Assembly: GCA_019239895.1 (NCBI GenBank)
Contig: JAFAZH010000022.1
Coordinates: 190,583 to 254,582, forward strand
Length of the DNA stretch: 64,000 bases
Direction: 5' to 3'
From: Abditibacteriaceae bacterium
GTDB taxonomy: Bacteria; Armatimonadota; Abditibacteriia; Abditibacteriales; Abditibacteriaceae
Positions 9,050 through 19,800 of this stretch are shown piece after piece. The position numbers and the translations under genes were made by a program. Numbering within the stretch: position 1 is the stretch's first letter; every line of letters begins with the position of its first letter. The notes beneath the pieces were generated by a model. That model had not been told where the DNA came from and searched no databases. It saw only the letters and a program-made list of their open reading frames with translations.

Positions 9050-11332
9050 ATGATTGCAGTCAGGATGGTTGGGCTGATCGCTACCCTCATAGGTGCCATC
9101 ATCTGCTGGGTGATGAGCAGTCGCCAGAACTATGGCGGGCACCGTGGGCAGCAGGGCTGGCTTTTATTAGCTTTAGGCTTGATCTGTCGCAGTGTCAATG
9201 ATGGTCTTGCCATTTACGCGGCACTCCACACCAAGCCACCGCTTACCGGCTCGCTGAAAAGCTTAGTCGCTCTGGCTACAGGTGGTTACTCCCTGGCCCT
9301 GCAATCCCTGCTGCTCTGTGCTGGCTTTGCGCTGTTGGCCCTGTCCTTTTTCCAGAGCACGCATCCTCCCCAGAGTAGTGGGGAGGCCACAGAAATCGAG
9401 CGACTGAGAAATGAAGTCGCACGCCGCACCCATCAACTTTCTTCCCTGCACGCGATTACAGCCGATCTGAATAATACCCTGGATGGAGCACACGTTCTCA
9501 GCACGGGCCTGGAGCGCATGACCGAATCGGTGCAGGCGGATGCTGGCGCTATCTGGGTGCGCATTGATTTTGTGGGGCTGACAGAAACTGGGGACGCGGC
9601 TAAAGACGATGGGCCAGGCAGCATTATCAATAGCGATTCTCTGTTGCGTGAAATCGAGCGTAGCGAATCGGAGCGCAGCATCTTAGACCGCATTAAGGCG
9701 GAAGCGGCGGGCACTGCGCACGCGGCTGGGGCACAAAAGACCGCTTCTAATGCCAACTCGCGGATGTGGCGCTTAGTCGCGGCAAGGGGTGACGAAAACC
9801 CCATCCAGGCGAATGCGCTCAGCACCATGCGTGACGCTTTAGAAAACGGCGGCATGGCTTACTGCACCGAACTTTGCCGCGACCATAGCGACACCCTCGG
9901 AGTTCCCAATGGAGCGACCCACATTGTCCCCATACGCTGGAAAGGTGAGGAAATGGGGGCCGTGGGCATCGTGCGCTTGCGCGGCTTGCTGGAACCCGAT
10001 GAGCGTGAACTGCTAGATGCTTTAGCCCTCGAAGTCGGCGCAGCTTTGCAAAATGCCCAACTCTATCAGGAAGCGGTGCGCCTGGCGGATCGAGATGGCT
10101 TGACTGACTTGCTCAATCACCGGGTCATTCAACAACAACTCAGCGTCAACCTGGCCCGCGCGCAACGCTCCTCCAGCGACTTAGCGGTCATTATCATGGA
10201 CATGAAGAACTTCAAGTTCTTCAACGACACTTATGGCCATCAGGTCGGCGACAGGGTACTCCAAACCGTGTCACGCTGCTTACGCGACGCGTGCCGGGTC
10301 ACTGATATTTTGGGGCGCTACGGCGGCGACGAATTCATTGCCCTGCTACCCGATACCGATATTCAGGGCACCATAACCGTTTGCTCGCGCATTGCGGCAC
10401 GGGTCGAGAAAGAAGGTTACCAGCAAGCGAATGATGGCCGCCGTATCCCCATTGCCCTGTCGTTTGGGGCCGCCTTTTTTCCACAAGATGGCGACTCGGC
10501 CCTGGAACTGTTAGCAGCGGCGAATTCCAACCTGGAAGAAGCCAAGAACGCCAACGCGCCGCTCCTCGTGCAGCGCACTCCGGTGGAAGAAGCGCAGGAG
10601 TTGCGCCGCCTGAAAGATGCCAGTGTGGGCGGCGCTTTCGGCGTCTTGGATGCCCTGGTGACAGCGATTGATAACAAAGACCACTATACCCGCCGCCACA
10701 GCGAAGACGTGACCCACTGGGCCACTTTAATGGCGCGTGAGCTTGATTTCTCGGAGGAAACGCAGCGTGCCGTCCGTATCGCTGGTCTGCTGCACGATGT
10801 GGGAAAAATTGCCGTCCCGGATTCCGTTTTGCGCAAACCAGGCCGTTTAAATGACGACGAATTCAACATCATGCAGCAGCACCCCGTGTTCGGGGCACTG
10901 ATTGTCAAAGACGTGCCAAATTTGGAAGAAGTGTTAGGCGGTATTCGCCATCACCATGAGCGTTATGATGGTAAAGGCTACCCCGATAAGCTCAAGGGCG
11001 AAACAATCCCCATGATGGGTCGCCTGTTGGCCGTCCCCGACTGCTTTTCCGCCATGACAACTGAGCGTCCCTATCGCAAAGCCCTCAGTTGGCACGAAGC
11101 CACCAGCGAAATTGAGCGCGGCAAAAGCACCCAATTCGACCCGGTTATGGCCAATGCTTTTCTGGCGGTCATTGCTCGTCTCCTCGAAGAGCAAAAATCC
11201 CAGCAAACCCTCTTAGGCCCGTCTGGACAGGAACTTAACGGCGATGGAACCGCCGCCCTTACCCCCAGCGATGGTGCCCTGACTACGCCGACTGTTCGCC
11301 CCCGCTCCGTCACTGATGCCGAGACAACGTAA
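9050..11332 (+). CDS. Membrane-anchored GAF-GGDEF-HD-GYP signalling protein (c-di-GMP cyclase/phosphodiesterase)
   Basis: 760 aa. N-terminal TM helices, GGDEF active-site motif (RYGGDEF), HD-GYP motifs (HD...HHERYDGKGYP). Confidence 0.85.
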   Translation: MIAVRMVGLIATLIGAIICWVMSSRQNYGGHRGQQGWLLLALGLICRSVNDGLAIYAALHTKPPLTGSLKSLVALATGGYSLALQSLLLCAGFALLALSFFQSTHPPQSSGEATEIERLRNEVARRTHQLSSLHAITADLNNTLDGAHVLSTGLERMTESVQADAGAIWVRIDFVGLTETGDAAKDDGPGSIINSDSLLREIERSESERSILDRIKAEAAGTAHAAGAQKTASNANSRMWRLVAARGDENPIQANALSTMRDALENGGMAYCTELCRDHSDTLGVPNGATHIVPIRWKGEEMGAVGIVRLRGLLEPDERELLDALALEVGAALQNAQLYQEAVRLADRDGLTDLLNHRVIQQQLSVNLARAQRSSSDLAVIIMDMKNFKFFNDTYGHQVGDRVLQTVSRCLRDACRVTDILGRYGGDEFIALLPDTDIQGTITVCSRIAARVEKEGYQQANDGRRIPIALSFGAAFFPQDGDSALELLAAANSNLEEAKNANAPLLVQRTPVEEAQELRRLKDASVGGAFGVLDALVTAIDNKDHYTRRHSEDVTHWATLMARELDFSEETQRAVRIAGLLHDVGKIAVPDSVLRKPGRLNDDEFNIMQQHPVFGALIVKDVPNLEEVLGGIRHHHERYDGKGYPDKLKGETIPMMGRLLAVPDCFSAMTTERPYRKALSWHEATSEIERGKSTQFDPVMANAFLAVIARLLEEQKSQQTLLGPSGQELNGDGTAALTPSDGALTTPTVRPRSVTDAETT

Positions 11333-12043
11333 GCCGGGGCTATAAAAGCCCCGGCAGGAAGGCTAAAGCCAAGCGTCCGTTGGACGCCACGAGAATAGAG
11401 TAATAGAGTAATAGAGTAGAGGTTTAATATCTATGCTGCCTATAGAATGATTGGCCCTATCCTTCTTACCTGACATAGCACAAGTCACCCCGTAAACATC
11501 ATTGATATAATCTCGGTATGCGGCGCAGCAAGACTGAGATTTACTTGCATTTGGTGTGGGCTACAGCTCAGCGCAAGCAGATTATAACCACTCCAGTCGA
11601 GCGCCTTCTCTACCGCTGCATTCAAAACGAGGTGCAACACCTGGGATGCACTGTATTAGCCCTGGGTGGAATGCCTGATCACATTCATTTGGTAGTGCAA
11701 ACCCCGGCAACTATTTCAGTAGCGAAGTTAGCTCAACAAGTTAAAGGTGTCTCCTCTACTTTTGCGCGTGATCAGTTGACATTAGAGGAACCATTCCAGT
11801 GGCAAGACAACTATGCGGCTTTTAGCATCAGTCGCTCCCACCTAAAGAGAGTTGTTGCTTATGTGCGAAATCAAAAACAACATCATGCAGCAGGGCGTGT
11901 GTGGCAGGATTGGGAAGAAAGCGATGAGGAAGTACAATGAAACCACCCGTTAGGCAACACCTCCATTAAAATATCATCCTCGTGGCGTCCAACGGACGCT
12001 TGGCTTTAGCCTTCCTGCCGGGGCTTTTATAGCCCCGGCTTAC
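11329..12043 (+). mobile_element. REPtron-like unit: IS200/RAYT-type HuH transposase gene flanked by perfect 64-bp inverted repeats, each holding two palindromic (REP-like) hairpins
   Basis: The left IR (11329-11392) and right IR (11980-12043) are exact reverse complements. Each contains the hairpins gccggggc-tataaaa-gccccggc and gcgtcc-gtt-ggacgc. The left IR starts at the stop codon of the upstream GGDEF gene. Confidence 0.7.
11518..11940 (+). CDS. tnpA: IS200/IS605-family Y1 (HuH) transposase / REP-associated tyrosine transposase (RAYT)-like
   Basis: 140 aa. HuH motif DHIHLVV and overall similarity to IS200 TnpA (LHLVWATAQRK...). No tnpB partner is present. Confidence 0.8.
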   Translation: MRRSKTEIYLHLVWATAQRKQIITTPVERLLYRCIQNEVQHLGCTVLALGGMPDHIHLVVQTPATISVAKLAQQVKGVSSTFARDQLTLEEPFQWQDNYAAFSISRSHLKRVVAYVRNQKQHHAAGRVWQDWEESDEEVQ

Positions 12044-12054
12044 TTATCCAGCTC

Positions 12055-12351
12055 TCAATTGATCATAACAACCGACATACAGAGCGGGCAAATCTGGCTG
12101 TTCGGGTATTCGGGCAGGATTTCCTCACGCAACCGCTTGGCTTCGCTCTGGCGATAGCGCAAGCGTGATCCACCACGCACGAGATCATAGAGCCAGCCCC
12201 ACAGGTTAAAGCCAAGTGCTCCATAGCCACCAATGTCGGGGGCGTCCTGGCTGGAGTGGCCATCAAAATCTTCGAGCAGCACCATGCGGTAGCGGCAAGA
12301 CTGGCACAGCATCCGGGTTCTGTCGCGGGGTTTGGGATTATAGCTATCCAT
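12055..12351 (-). CDS. Hypothetical protein (Cys-containing, weak support)
   Basis: ORF trimmed to an internal Met to avoid overlap with the upstream pilin-like gene. No recognisable motifs. Confidence 0.2.
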   Translation of the reverse strand: MDSYNPKPRDRTRMLCQSCRYRMVLLEDFDGHSSQDAPDIGGYGALGFNLWGWLYDLVRGGSRLRYRQSEAKRLREEILPEYPNSQICPLCMSVVMIN

Positions 12352-12374
12352 ATCGCTCCTTGGCAACACGGGTT

Positions 12375-13004
12375 TTAGCGGAGAGGAACCGACCAGGCGG
12401 CATTGAAGCCATCGCGGTCTACGTTTTTCACATGACCATCGGCATAGAGGATATTGTAACGCTTGCTGCTCCAGAAACTTGTCACACCAGTGCCATGCCA
12501 ATCGCCAGAGCCATCTTCCAGCACGTTGGTTTCCACCGGACGAGACAGGTGCTCATCCGCCAAGTTAAGCAGCGTTAATTCTGTGCGATAAAAGTAGCTC
12601 ATGCTATATTTCTCATAGCAAGAGGGGCGTGTCGGTAAAGGGATGCCGGTGGTATCGCAAACATCAAAGCCATAGTCCGAAGGGCACTCCCACAGCGATT
12701 TATTTTTAACATAGGGGTCCATCACGACTGGCAAGAGAGGTGTATCGGCCATTGTCTGCTGATACTCAGGCGGCCAGATTTGCGGCGTATACTTATCGGC
12801 AGGGTCTAAACCGCGTGGATAACGCTCATTATCGGTGGCATAGAGTTGGATGGCCTCACCTAATTGACGCAAGTTCGAGGCACACTGGGTGCGCCGCGCA
12901 GCTCCACGCACGCCACTGAATGCGGGTAGCAAAATCGCCATGAGAATTGTGAGAATGGCGACGACCACAAGGATTTCAACGAGGGCAAACCCGCGCTTTT
13001 TCAT
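12375..13004 (-). CDS. Prepilin-type N-terminal cleavage/methylation domain protein (DUF1559/PulG-like pseudopilin)
   Basis: Real start taken at [29 protein letters not shown] (class III signal peptide with the G-F-A-L-V-E motif), followed by H-x-DG-type C-terminus (YADGHV). The longer ORF in the six-frame track overlaps nagA. Confidence 0.8.
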   Translation of the reverse strand: MKKRGFALVEILVVVAILTILMAILLPAFSGVRGAARRTQCASNLRQLGEAIQLYATDNERYPRGLDPADKYTPQIWPPEYQQTMADTPLLPVVMDPYVKNKSLWECPSDYGFDVCDTTGIPLPTRPSCYEKYSMSYFYRTELTLLNLADEHLSRPVETNVLEDGSGDWHGTGVTSFWSSKRYNILYADGHVKNVDRDGFNAAWSVPLR

Positions 13005-13041
13005 GGATTCTTCTCCGCCCCCCGCCTGGCAGTTGATATAG

Positions 13042-14001
13042 TTGATAAAGAGGGCATTAGTACCAACTTTAAGGGGCATTATGCATACCAATTCGGGCTT
13101 TTTCGATCTGCAAGTCAATGGTTATGGTGGTGTTGATTTTAATCAGGACGATTTAACCGCCGAGCAGTTGCATACAGCTTGCGCGGCATTAGCAGAGGCA
13201 GGCGTGGCTGGAATTCTGGCAACAGTTATCACCGAAGAAGTAGACAAAATGGCGCTGCGCCTCTCGAACCTGATGAAGTTGCGACAAGCGGATGCCCTGG
13301 CCCAGCAAATCATTGCAGGCTTCCACATCGAAGGCCCCTTTTTAAATGAAACACCAGGTTATCGTGGTGCTCATCCCGCAGATGCCATTCGGCCCGCCGA
13401 CACAGACAATATGAAGCGTCTCTTAGATGCCGCAGGTGGGCTAACCCGTTTAGTCACCTTAGCCCCCGAACGTGATCCACAACTGCAAGTCACCCGAATG
13501 CTGACAGAGCAAGGCGTTACCGTTTCTGCGGGGCATTGCGATCCCAGTCTGGATGAACTAAAAGCCGCCATTGATGCTGGCCTGAGTATGTTCACTCACT
13601 TGGGTAATGGCTGCCCGATGCAGATGCATCGCCACGATAACATTATTCAACGCGCTTTAAGCCTGAGCAACCAACTCTGGCTCTGCTTTATCGCGGATGG
13701 CGTTCATGTCCCGTTCCCCGCTCTTGGTAATTATCTTCGTGCCGCCGGGATAAAACGTTGTGTAGTGGTCACCGATGCCATCGCGCCCGCTGGTTTGGGG
13801 CCAGGGGATTATACCGTCAGTCGCTGGAATTTAACCATTGGCCCCGACATGGTGGCCCGTGCCCCTGATGGCTCGCATCTCATTGGCTCAGCCATCACTA
13901 TGCCCCAGAGCGTGCAGAATTTAATGGATCACCTGGACTTATCCGAAGCGGATGCTCATAAACTGACGGCAGAAAATCCGCACCGTGCGGTAGGAGTGTA
14001 A
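13042..14001 (+). CDS. nagA: N-acetylglucosamine-6-phosphate deacetylase-like amidohydrolase
   Basis: 319 aa. N-terminal [15 protein letters not shown] metal-binding motif is typical of NagA. Convergent with nagB. Confidence 0.7.
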   Translation: MIKRALVPTLRGIMHTNSGFFDLQVNGYGGVDFNQDDLTAEQLHTACAALAEAGVAGILATVITEEVDKMALRLSNLMKLRQADALAQQIIAGFHIEGPFLNETPGYRGAHPADAIRPADTDNMKRLLDAAGGLTRLVTLAPERDPQLQVTRMLTEQGVTVSAGHCDPSLDELKAAIDAGLSMFTHLGNGCPMQMHRHDNIIQRALSLSNQLWLCFIADGVHVPFPALGNYLRAAGIKRCVVVTDAIAPAGLGPGDYTVSRWNLTIGPDMVARAPDGSHLIGSAITMPQSVQNLMDHLDLSEADAHKLTAENPHRAVGV

Positions 14002-14045
14002 TGGGAATTTGTGGGCCAGACAAGAGTGTCTGGCCCACGATATGT

Positions 14046-14792
14046 CTAGTAAGACTGACTCAAGAGAGAAGCTGACTCGCGGTCTAAGTAAAGCTTAGTG
14101 GCAGGGTGTTGTTGCAGAATGGAGGCGGGCAAATCCTCGCTGACAGGCCCTTCCGCGGCACCTTTAACCGCCTCGGCTTTGCGCTCATCGGGCACACTGC
14201 AAATGATGGACTGAGATTTCATAATCTGGCGGATGGACATCGAAATCGCCTGCGTCGGCACATCATCCATCGACGGAAACCAGCCCTCTCCCACTTGTTG
14301 GCGGCGACACGCTTCGTCCAGGTTGACAACGATATAGGGCTTTTCGGTTTCAAAGTCGGCGGGAGGATCGTTAAAGGCGAGGTGCCCATTCTCGCCGATA
14401 CCAATAAAAGCCACATCTATGGGATGTTGCATGATGAGGTGGCTGAGGCGCTCGCATTCGGCGGGGGCATCTGTTTCGGCGTTGATGTAGTTAAAGGCAC
14501 GTAATGGCTGGGACAGTTGGTCTACGAAACGTTCCTTAAGGTAACGCCGGAACGAAGCCCCATGCGAAATCGGCATTCCCACATATTCATCTAAGTGAAA
14601 CGCTGTAATCTGACTCCAATCAATGTCGGGGGCAGCCACCAATTCCCCCAGCATTTCAAACTGCGAGGCTCCCGTAGCGACGACAATGTTCGCTTCTCCA
14701 TTCTCCCGTAATGCCTGGCGGATTAGCTCCGCGCCCGCCTGCGCCGCCTGTCGCCCCAACTCTTGTTTGCTATCGCTGATGATAATTTTCAT
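14046..14792 (-). CDS. nagB: Glucosamine-6-phosphate deaminase
   Basis: Start taken at [13 protein letters not shown], which has a GAGGT RBS. NagB motifs are present ([15 protein letters not shown]...). Confidence 0.85.
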   Translation of the reverse strand: MKIIISDSKQELGRQAAQAGAELIRQALRENGEANIVVATGASQFEMLGELVAAPDIDWSQITAFHLDEYVGMPISHGASFRRYLKERFVDQLSQPLRAFNYINAETDAPAECERLSHLIMQHPIDVAFIGIGENGHLAFNDPPADFETEKPYIVVNLDEACRRQQVGEGWFPSMDDVPTQAISMSIRQIMKSQSIICSVPDERKAEAVKGAAEGPVSEDLPASILQQHPATKLYLDRESASLLSQSY

Positions 14793-14842
14793 AGGAACCT
14801 CTTCTTGTCCTCTCACTCCACAATAATAAATGCATAAAGGGG

Positions 14843-14957
14843 CGTGTCATGCTGAGCGAAGCGAAGCATCTACTCTGCGGAGCTATGGAGTGGCGGGTTT
14901 AACCATCGCTTTCTGAACACTCATATCAGATGCTTCGCTTCGCTCAGCATGACACGC
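14843..14957. repeat. Perfect 29-bp inverted repeat (cgtgtcatgctgagcgaagcgaagcatct ... agatgcttcgcttcgctcagcatgacacg) with a 57-nt loop. A half-copy lies at 59431-59470.
   Basis: Read directly. It sits between the AAA ATPase stop and the nagB start. A second partial copy (cttgtcatgctgaacgcagtgaagcatctactctgcggag) lies upstream of mutS. Confidence 0.5.
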
Positions 14958-15043
14958 TCTTACGTACCTTCTAATTCGAGATAGACCCCGAAATCTGCCG
15001 CAAACCTCAGCCATCCCTTCCCGGCCCTGAAAGGCGGGCGGGG

Positions 15044-16726
15044 TTAGGTTAACCCACCCCGCAACGCAGATGGTACAAAATCAAGGTCACTTGCCTCATG
15101 CACGGCCAGTTCAATTTGCACGCCTAAGACTTCTGGTGGCACCGGGTTCTGATAATCCGACAGACATTCTTTGAGGGCCGCCGCTGCATCCAACGATTCA
15201 ACTCGCACCAGGCGATAGGCTTTGATGGCAATTGCCTCCGCCGCGCCGGGTGTCAGCAAATTTGGGATAAATGCCTCTAATTCCGTGCCCTGCGCTTCAT
15301 TGATTTCCAGCCCGCGTCGCCGACAGAGGGCGCGGATGAGGTGAAATCCTTCAGCGGGTGTGGTGGTCGGGAAAAGTGGTATCTTCACATCAATGCGGCC
15401 CGGTCTTTTCAGGTCAACTTCGATCAGGTCAGGGCGACTGGAAGCCAGAATCCACACAACCTTGCCACGATTATCGGTGTTGCTCATCTCTTCGGCCAGC
15501 ATGGAGTAAATGCGGCCCGAAACACCCGAATCATTGCCGCCCGTATCGCGCCGCCCCAGGGCTTGATCGGCTTCATCTACGAAAACATAGCAGCGTCCTA
15601 ATGCCTGCAATAAGCGAAAGATTTTTTCCAGATTACCTTCGGTGCTACCGACCCATTTATCCCGAAAATTCTTCAGCTTGACAATCGGCACCCCAGCTTC
15701 ACCCGCGAGACATTCCACCATATATGTTTTGCCCGTGCCGACTGGCCCACAGAGCAGATAACCCATTGGCATGGCTTGCAGGTCATTCTGCCGCCAGAGT
15801 GCGATGTCCTGGCGCAGCCATGTTTTTACCTTGTCCTGTCCATGAAGATCATCTAACGATTTCTTTGATTCAATAAACTCAATTAGCCCGTTGCAGTCCT
15901 TTTCGACCAACTGCTTTTTGAGACTCACTAAATCATCGGCTTTAAGTTTTTGCCTGCGATGTTCAGTCGTTTTAAGCATATTCTCGACTGCGCTCAGGGT
16001 CGCGCCAGTAAGTTGCTGGGCGGGTTGCGCGAGGTTAGTGGTGTAATCACTTAATGCCGTTTTATAAGCCGGGGCCATTAACTCAAAGGCACACTGTAAA
16101 TCATCGGCTGCTGGCAATGGCACTTTGATATGCGCCACGCGCGGGTTATTGACTAAAAGCGGGTGCAAGTCGTTCAGGTTTTCTGTGATAAGAAAAGTGG
16201 CTAAATCATGCTCGGTGAGCAGGCTATCAATTGACCAATCGCGCATTAAAAGCGCGAGGGCGTTCAGGTCATAGTTCAATGCCCCTGGCAAGGCTGGTGC
16301 GATTAAGTGCGCCGTTTTCAAGAGACAACCAACAGGGGTTTTAGTGCCCTTTAAGCGGGCGAGGTTAGCGACATAACGGAAGTAGTGGGTCAAGGTTTCG
16401 ATGGCCGGACGGGGCGCGTTGGGCAGTTCCGGGTTTTCTTTGAAAGCTGGCCACTGGGTAAAGAACTCGCCACCCTTTTCGATACGGATGCCATTGCCCA
16501 GGTCATAGCTTAAGATGACATCGAAGCGCGGCATCAAAACGCGCAGCAGAAAATCATTCAAGCTGCCTAATTCGCCTTTGCTGCCGAGTGGCAATACCAT
16601 GCGGTCATAGACGTTACCATACAAGATGAATTGATTGGTCGCACTACTCTGATACTGCGTGATTAAATCCGCCGCCCAGGTGGGCAGATTGGGCGGGGCA
16701 ATGGGGGCCAACTCTGAGGTGCTCAT
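15044..16726 (-). CDS. AAA+ ATPase (classic clade, single C-terminal AAA module) with an uncharacterised ~330-aa N-terminal domain
   Basis: Walker A GPVGTGKT, Walker B VFVDEAD, second region of homology SSRPDLIEVDLKRPGRIDVKI. The N-terminal domain has no recognisable motifs. Confidence 0.75.
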   Translation of the reverse strand: MSTSELAPIAPPNLPTWAADLITQYQSSATNQFILYGNVYDRMVLPLGSKGELGSLNDFLLRVLMPRFDVILSYDLGNGIRIEKGGEFFTQWPAFKENPELPNAPRPAIETLTHYFRYVANLARLKGTKTPVGCLLKTAHLIAPALPGALNYDLNALALLMRDWSIDSLLTEHDLATFLITENLNDLHPLLVNNPRVAHIKVPLPAADDLQCAFELMAPAYKTALSDYTTNLAQPAQQLTGATLSAVENMLKTTEHRRQKLKADDLVSLKKQLVEKDCNGLIEFIESKKSLDDLHGQDKVKTWLRQDIALWRQNDLQAMPMGYLLCGPVGTGKTYMVECLAGEAGVPIVKLKNFRDKWVGSTEGNLEKIFRLLQALGRCYVFVDEADQALGRRDTGGNDSGVSGRIYSMLAEEMSNTDNRGKVVWILASSRPDLIEVDLKRPGRIDVKIPLFPTTTPAEGFHLIRALCRRRGLEINEAQGTELEAFIPNLLTPGAAEAIAIKAYRLVRVESLDAAAALKECLSDYQNPVPPEVLGVQIELAVHEASDLDFVPSALRGGLT

Positions 16727-16809
16727 TAGTGATAATTATAACGGCAGTGGGGCAGGACTTGCTTGATGCTCCATACGGTAGAAAGTGGGCCGGTAAGAGG
16801 AGCAGTGGT

Positions 16810-19800
16810 CTAATCGAAAAAGTTAGAGTTAGTCCATTGATTGAAAGGTCTCTCATGCCGCTGGTTGTCACTGAGCAATAGATACTGCGCAATAGCACGT
16901 TGAGCGTCCAATTGTGGTGGACTCCAGCCATTATTGCGGCCCGCTGTTGGTATTATCCAGGACATCTCGATGGCCCGCTCAATATCTATGGCCACCATCG
17001 CTGTGGCGATACTGCCGATTTGCTTGTTCCGATCCTGCCCATCTAAGATTCCCGCCAGGCTGCGCCGCCAACGGCTGAACTCTGTCTCTAACAAGAGGCG
17101 ACTCTCGGCAGGGTCAATCCGACTGTAGTAATAAGCCAAAGCCGCAGTCCCATCGTCCCCATTAGGGCCAGCACCGCGCCCATCCGCACGTTCCGCTTTG
17201 GTGCTGTCCCAGGCTTCTCTGGCCATTGCAAACACTTCTAAACCGTATTGGGGATCAAGATTATAGGCCAGGGCCGCAATGCGGGCCAGGTTGCCTACCT
17301 TGTCAAAGGGTTGATTACTGGCGGCATTGGCGGCTTCATGCAGCACGCGCAGGGCCACATCTTTCGGCTGAAACTGGGCCGCAAGGGTGAGCGTATCAGC
17401 TTTATAAAATCGCTCCGGGATACTACGTGCAATCTCTAGAACCCCAGCAGGATCAGTCTTCCCGATGATTGGAATGAGAACCTGCGCCGCCAAACCCGCA
17501 GCGCCACCACTCCGTAAATCAGTCTTTTCCAGGGCAATCAGTTGATCCAGCCAACGCCTGGCTATCTGCGGATCATAGTTGGCACCTCTCATCACAGCCT
17601 CTTCTAACACCGACTTACGCTGTTCACTTGGTAGCTCATCTATGATTTTGCTAGTTTGGTCATAATCAACCGCAGCTATCCAGCATAGTATCCATTCCTG
17701 ATTCTTATCCTTAATTGTTTTAAATACCTCTACCGCCTTGGCGACAAACTGCTTGGCTTCATCCTTAGCACCTATCCTGCGAGCCAGTTTACTCAGGCTA
17801 ACGGCACGCATGATAATACTCTGCTGATCCACGGCGGCATTATCGGTATGGCCCTTGTCATAGGCTTTAGCCCGGTTATATAAGTCTCTGGCTAAGGCTG
17901 GGTTTATATCGGCCACAGCTAAGCCTAAGCTAATGCTGGCCGTAAAAATAGCGCCAGCGTTTTGCATTTGATGGAGGTTGGGAGGTGCCCATACTGCGGC
18001 TTGCGCCGGATTAGATCGTGCCAGGTTGCTTATAATCTGGCTCATCATGGAGTCATCTACCGAGCCATCTTTCTTCCGAGCTATTTTAAGAGCCAGGTCA
18101 GGAGCATCAGCAGCTAACACGATGGGGATGTCTTCCCGATAAAACTTCATACCTTCCGTATCAGCCCACACTTCTTCAAGCAAATCGTAAGCTCGTTGTA
18201 CATCCGACGCAACGGGTGGTTTGGGAGGAGCTAAAGTTATATTAACGGCTGTATTACTACTAATACCGTGGGCTTCGCCAATACGACCTTTATAACCCGC
18301 AACAACCATGACTTGACTGGCAGGCACAGCGGACAGCACGAACTTGCCATCGGCATCAGCAACCGCTTGGACATCTATCTCACCATCAGGCGACATCACC
18401 TTCGCGCCGGGCACTGGTTTGCCCTCCGTATCCACGACCCGGCCTGTAATGCGTGAAGTCAGCGGCACTAAAACTATATCCTGTGCCACAAACCCAGCGT
18501 TTTGCTGCGTTACCTGGCCCCCAGATACATAGTTGTAGCCATGCATATTGGTGGCAAGCGACAACTTCACTGTAGGTCTCAGCTTATCAATGGTGAATTG
18601 TCCTTGGGCATCTGTCTGGACTTCTCGCACTGTGGAACGCAATGAATAGCCATTATAAATCTCGACGGAAGCCTTGATATCAACCCCCGCCAATGGTTGT
18701 TGACCTTTGGTTATAACGCGCCCCTTGAGCGTCCACAACGTTGCTTTTTGTACGGTTACATGCAACGGGGCGTCGAGTGGCACTGTAACTTCGTTAGGTG
18801 ATATAACGTCCCACTCCCCGGCACTACTGAGATGCCACTTGCCATGAGCTAAGCCGTCCATTGTCCACTGACCCATGTTGTCCGCATCAGCTTCTAATTC
18901 TTCCATCCACTGAGCATCATGATTGGATTGATAGTCTAGTGTCGCTTTGAACTTAGCATTAGCGACTGGCTTACCCTCTTTATCTACGACAGTTCCGACC
19001 AGCGATAAGCCTTTGACCATCTGAATGGGAGCTTGCCAGGTCTCACCTTGCTTAATGTCCACCTGGATCGGCTTAGTTAGCGGTAGATATTTAGGCACTT
19101 GTGCCCAGACCGAAATAATATTCTTCCCCGGTGCTACCCGCAACTGATAATGCCCGGCTTTGTCCGTCCTCACGATACGGAATCCGCCACCTCGCGCAGG
19201 CTGATGAGGGCCGTAACAGGTTAATGGCACCCCGGCGAGAGGGGCATTACTAGCACTGTCTGTGACTGTCCCTTCAATCAGTGCGCCTTCCATTAATTTA
19301 AAATCAGCGATTTTGGTGGTTTCGCCCGTTTTAAGCTCTATATCGCTAATGGCCGGAGCCACTATCTGGCCGGAAGGGTCAACTACGGCGACAGTAATCG
19401 CACCAGAAGGTAGACTCGCTAAATAATAAGTGCCATCTGCCGCTGTTTGAGCATGGCCCCAGGCACCCTGCTTGATGCCAATAACCTTAATGTCCTGTGC
19501 AGGTTTACCATCAGCATAGACTACGTGTCCTGTCACTATCGCGCCAGGACGCGCAGTGATGACCGCGTCTGTAGCGGGTGCCCCGGCTTTAACTTGAATC
19601 ACTTGATGTGCATAGCGAGGGTCATCTAAAGCGATACCGGCCAGACTGGAAGGCGTAATGCCTGTAATACTCCACTGCCCATCGGCCCCGCTTTTAACGG
19701 TGAACTTACTGTCCCAGGCTTCTGGTACTGTTGTTAGATTCCAGTGGTCTTCTGGGGGCGGAACGGGCTGCGTATATTGCAATTTGACAATGGCATCACT

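Noticed and set aside
12375-13118. Long form of the pilin-like ORF, overlapping nagA by 77 bp
   Set aside because: The internal start [15 protein letters not shown] gives a canonical prepilin leader and removes the overlap. The N-terminal 38 codons are probably not translated.
15044-16726. Vps4-like partner for the PspA (ESCRT-III) homolog
   Set aside because: The ATPase is 12 kb from pspA, and an unrelated gene block lies between them. The idea is kept only as a speculative note, not as a call.
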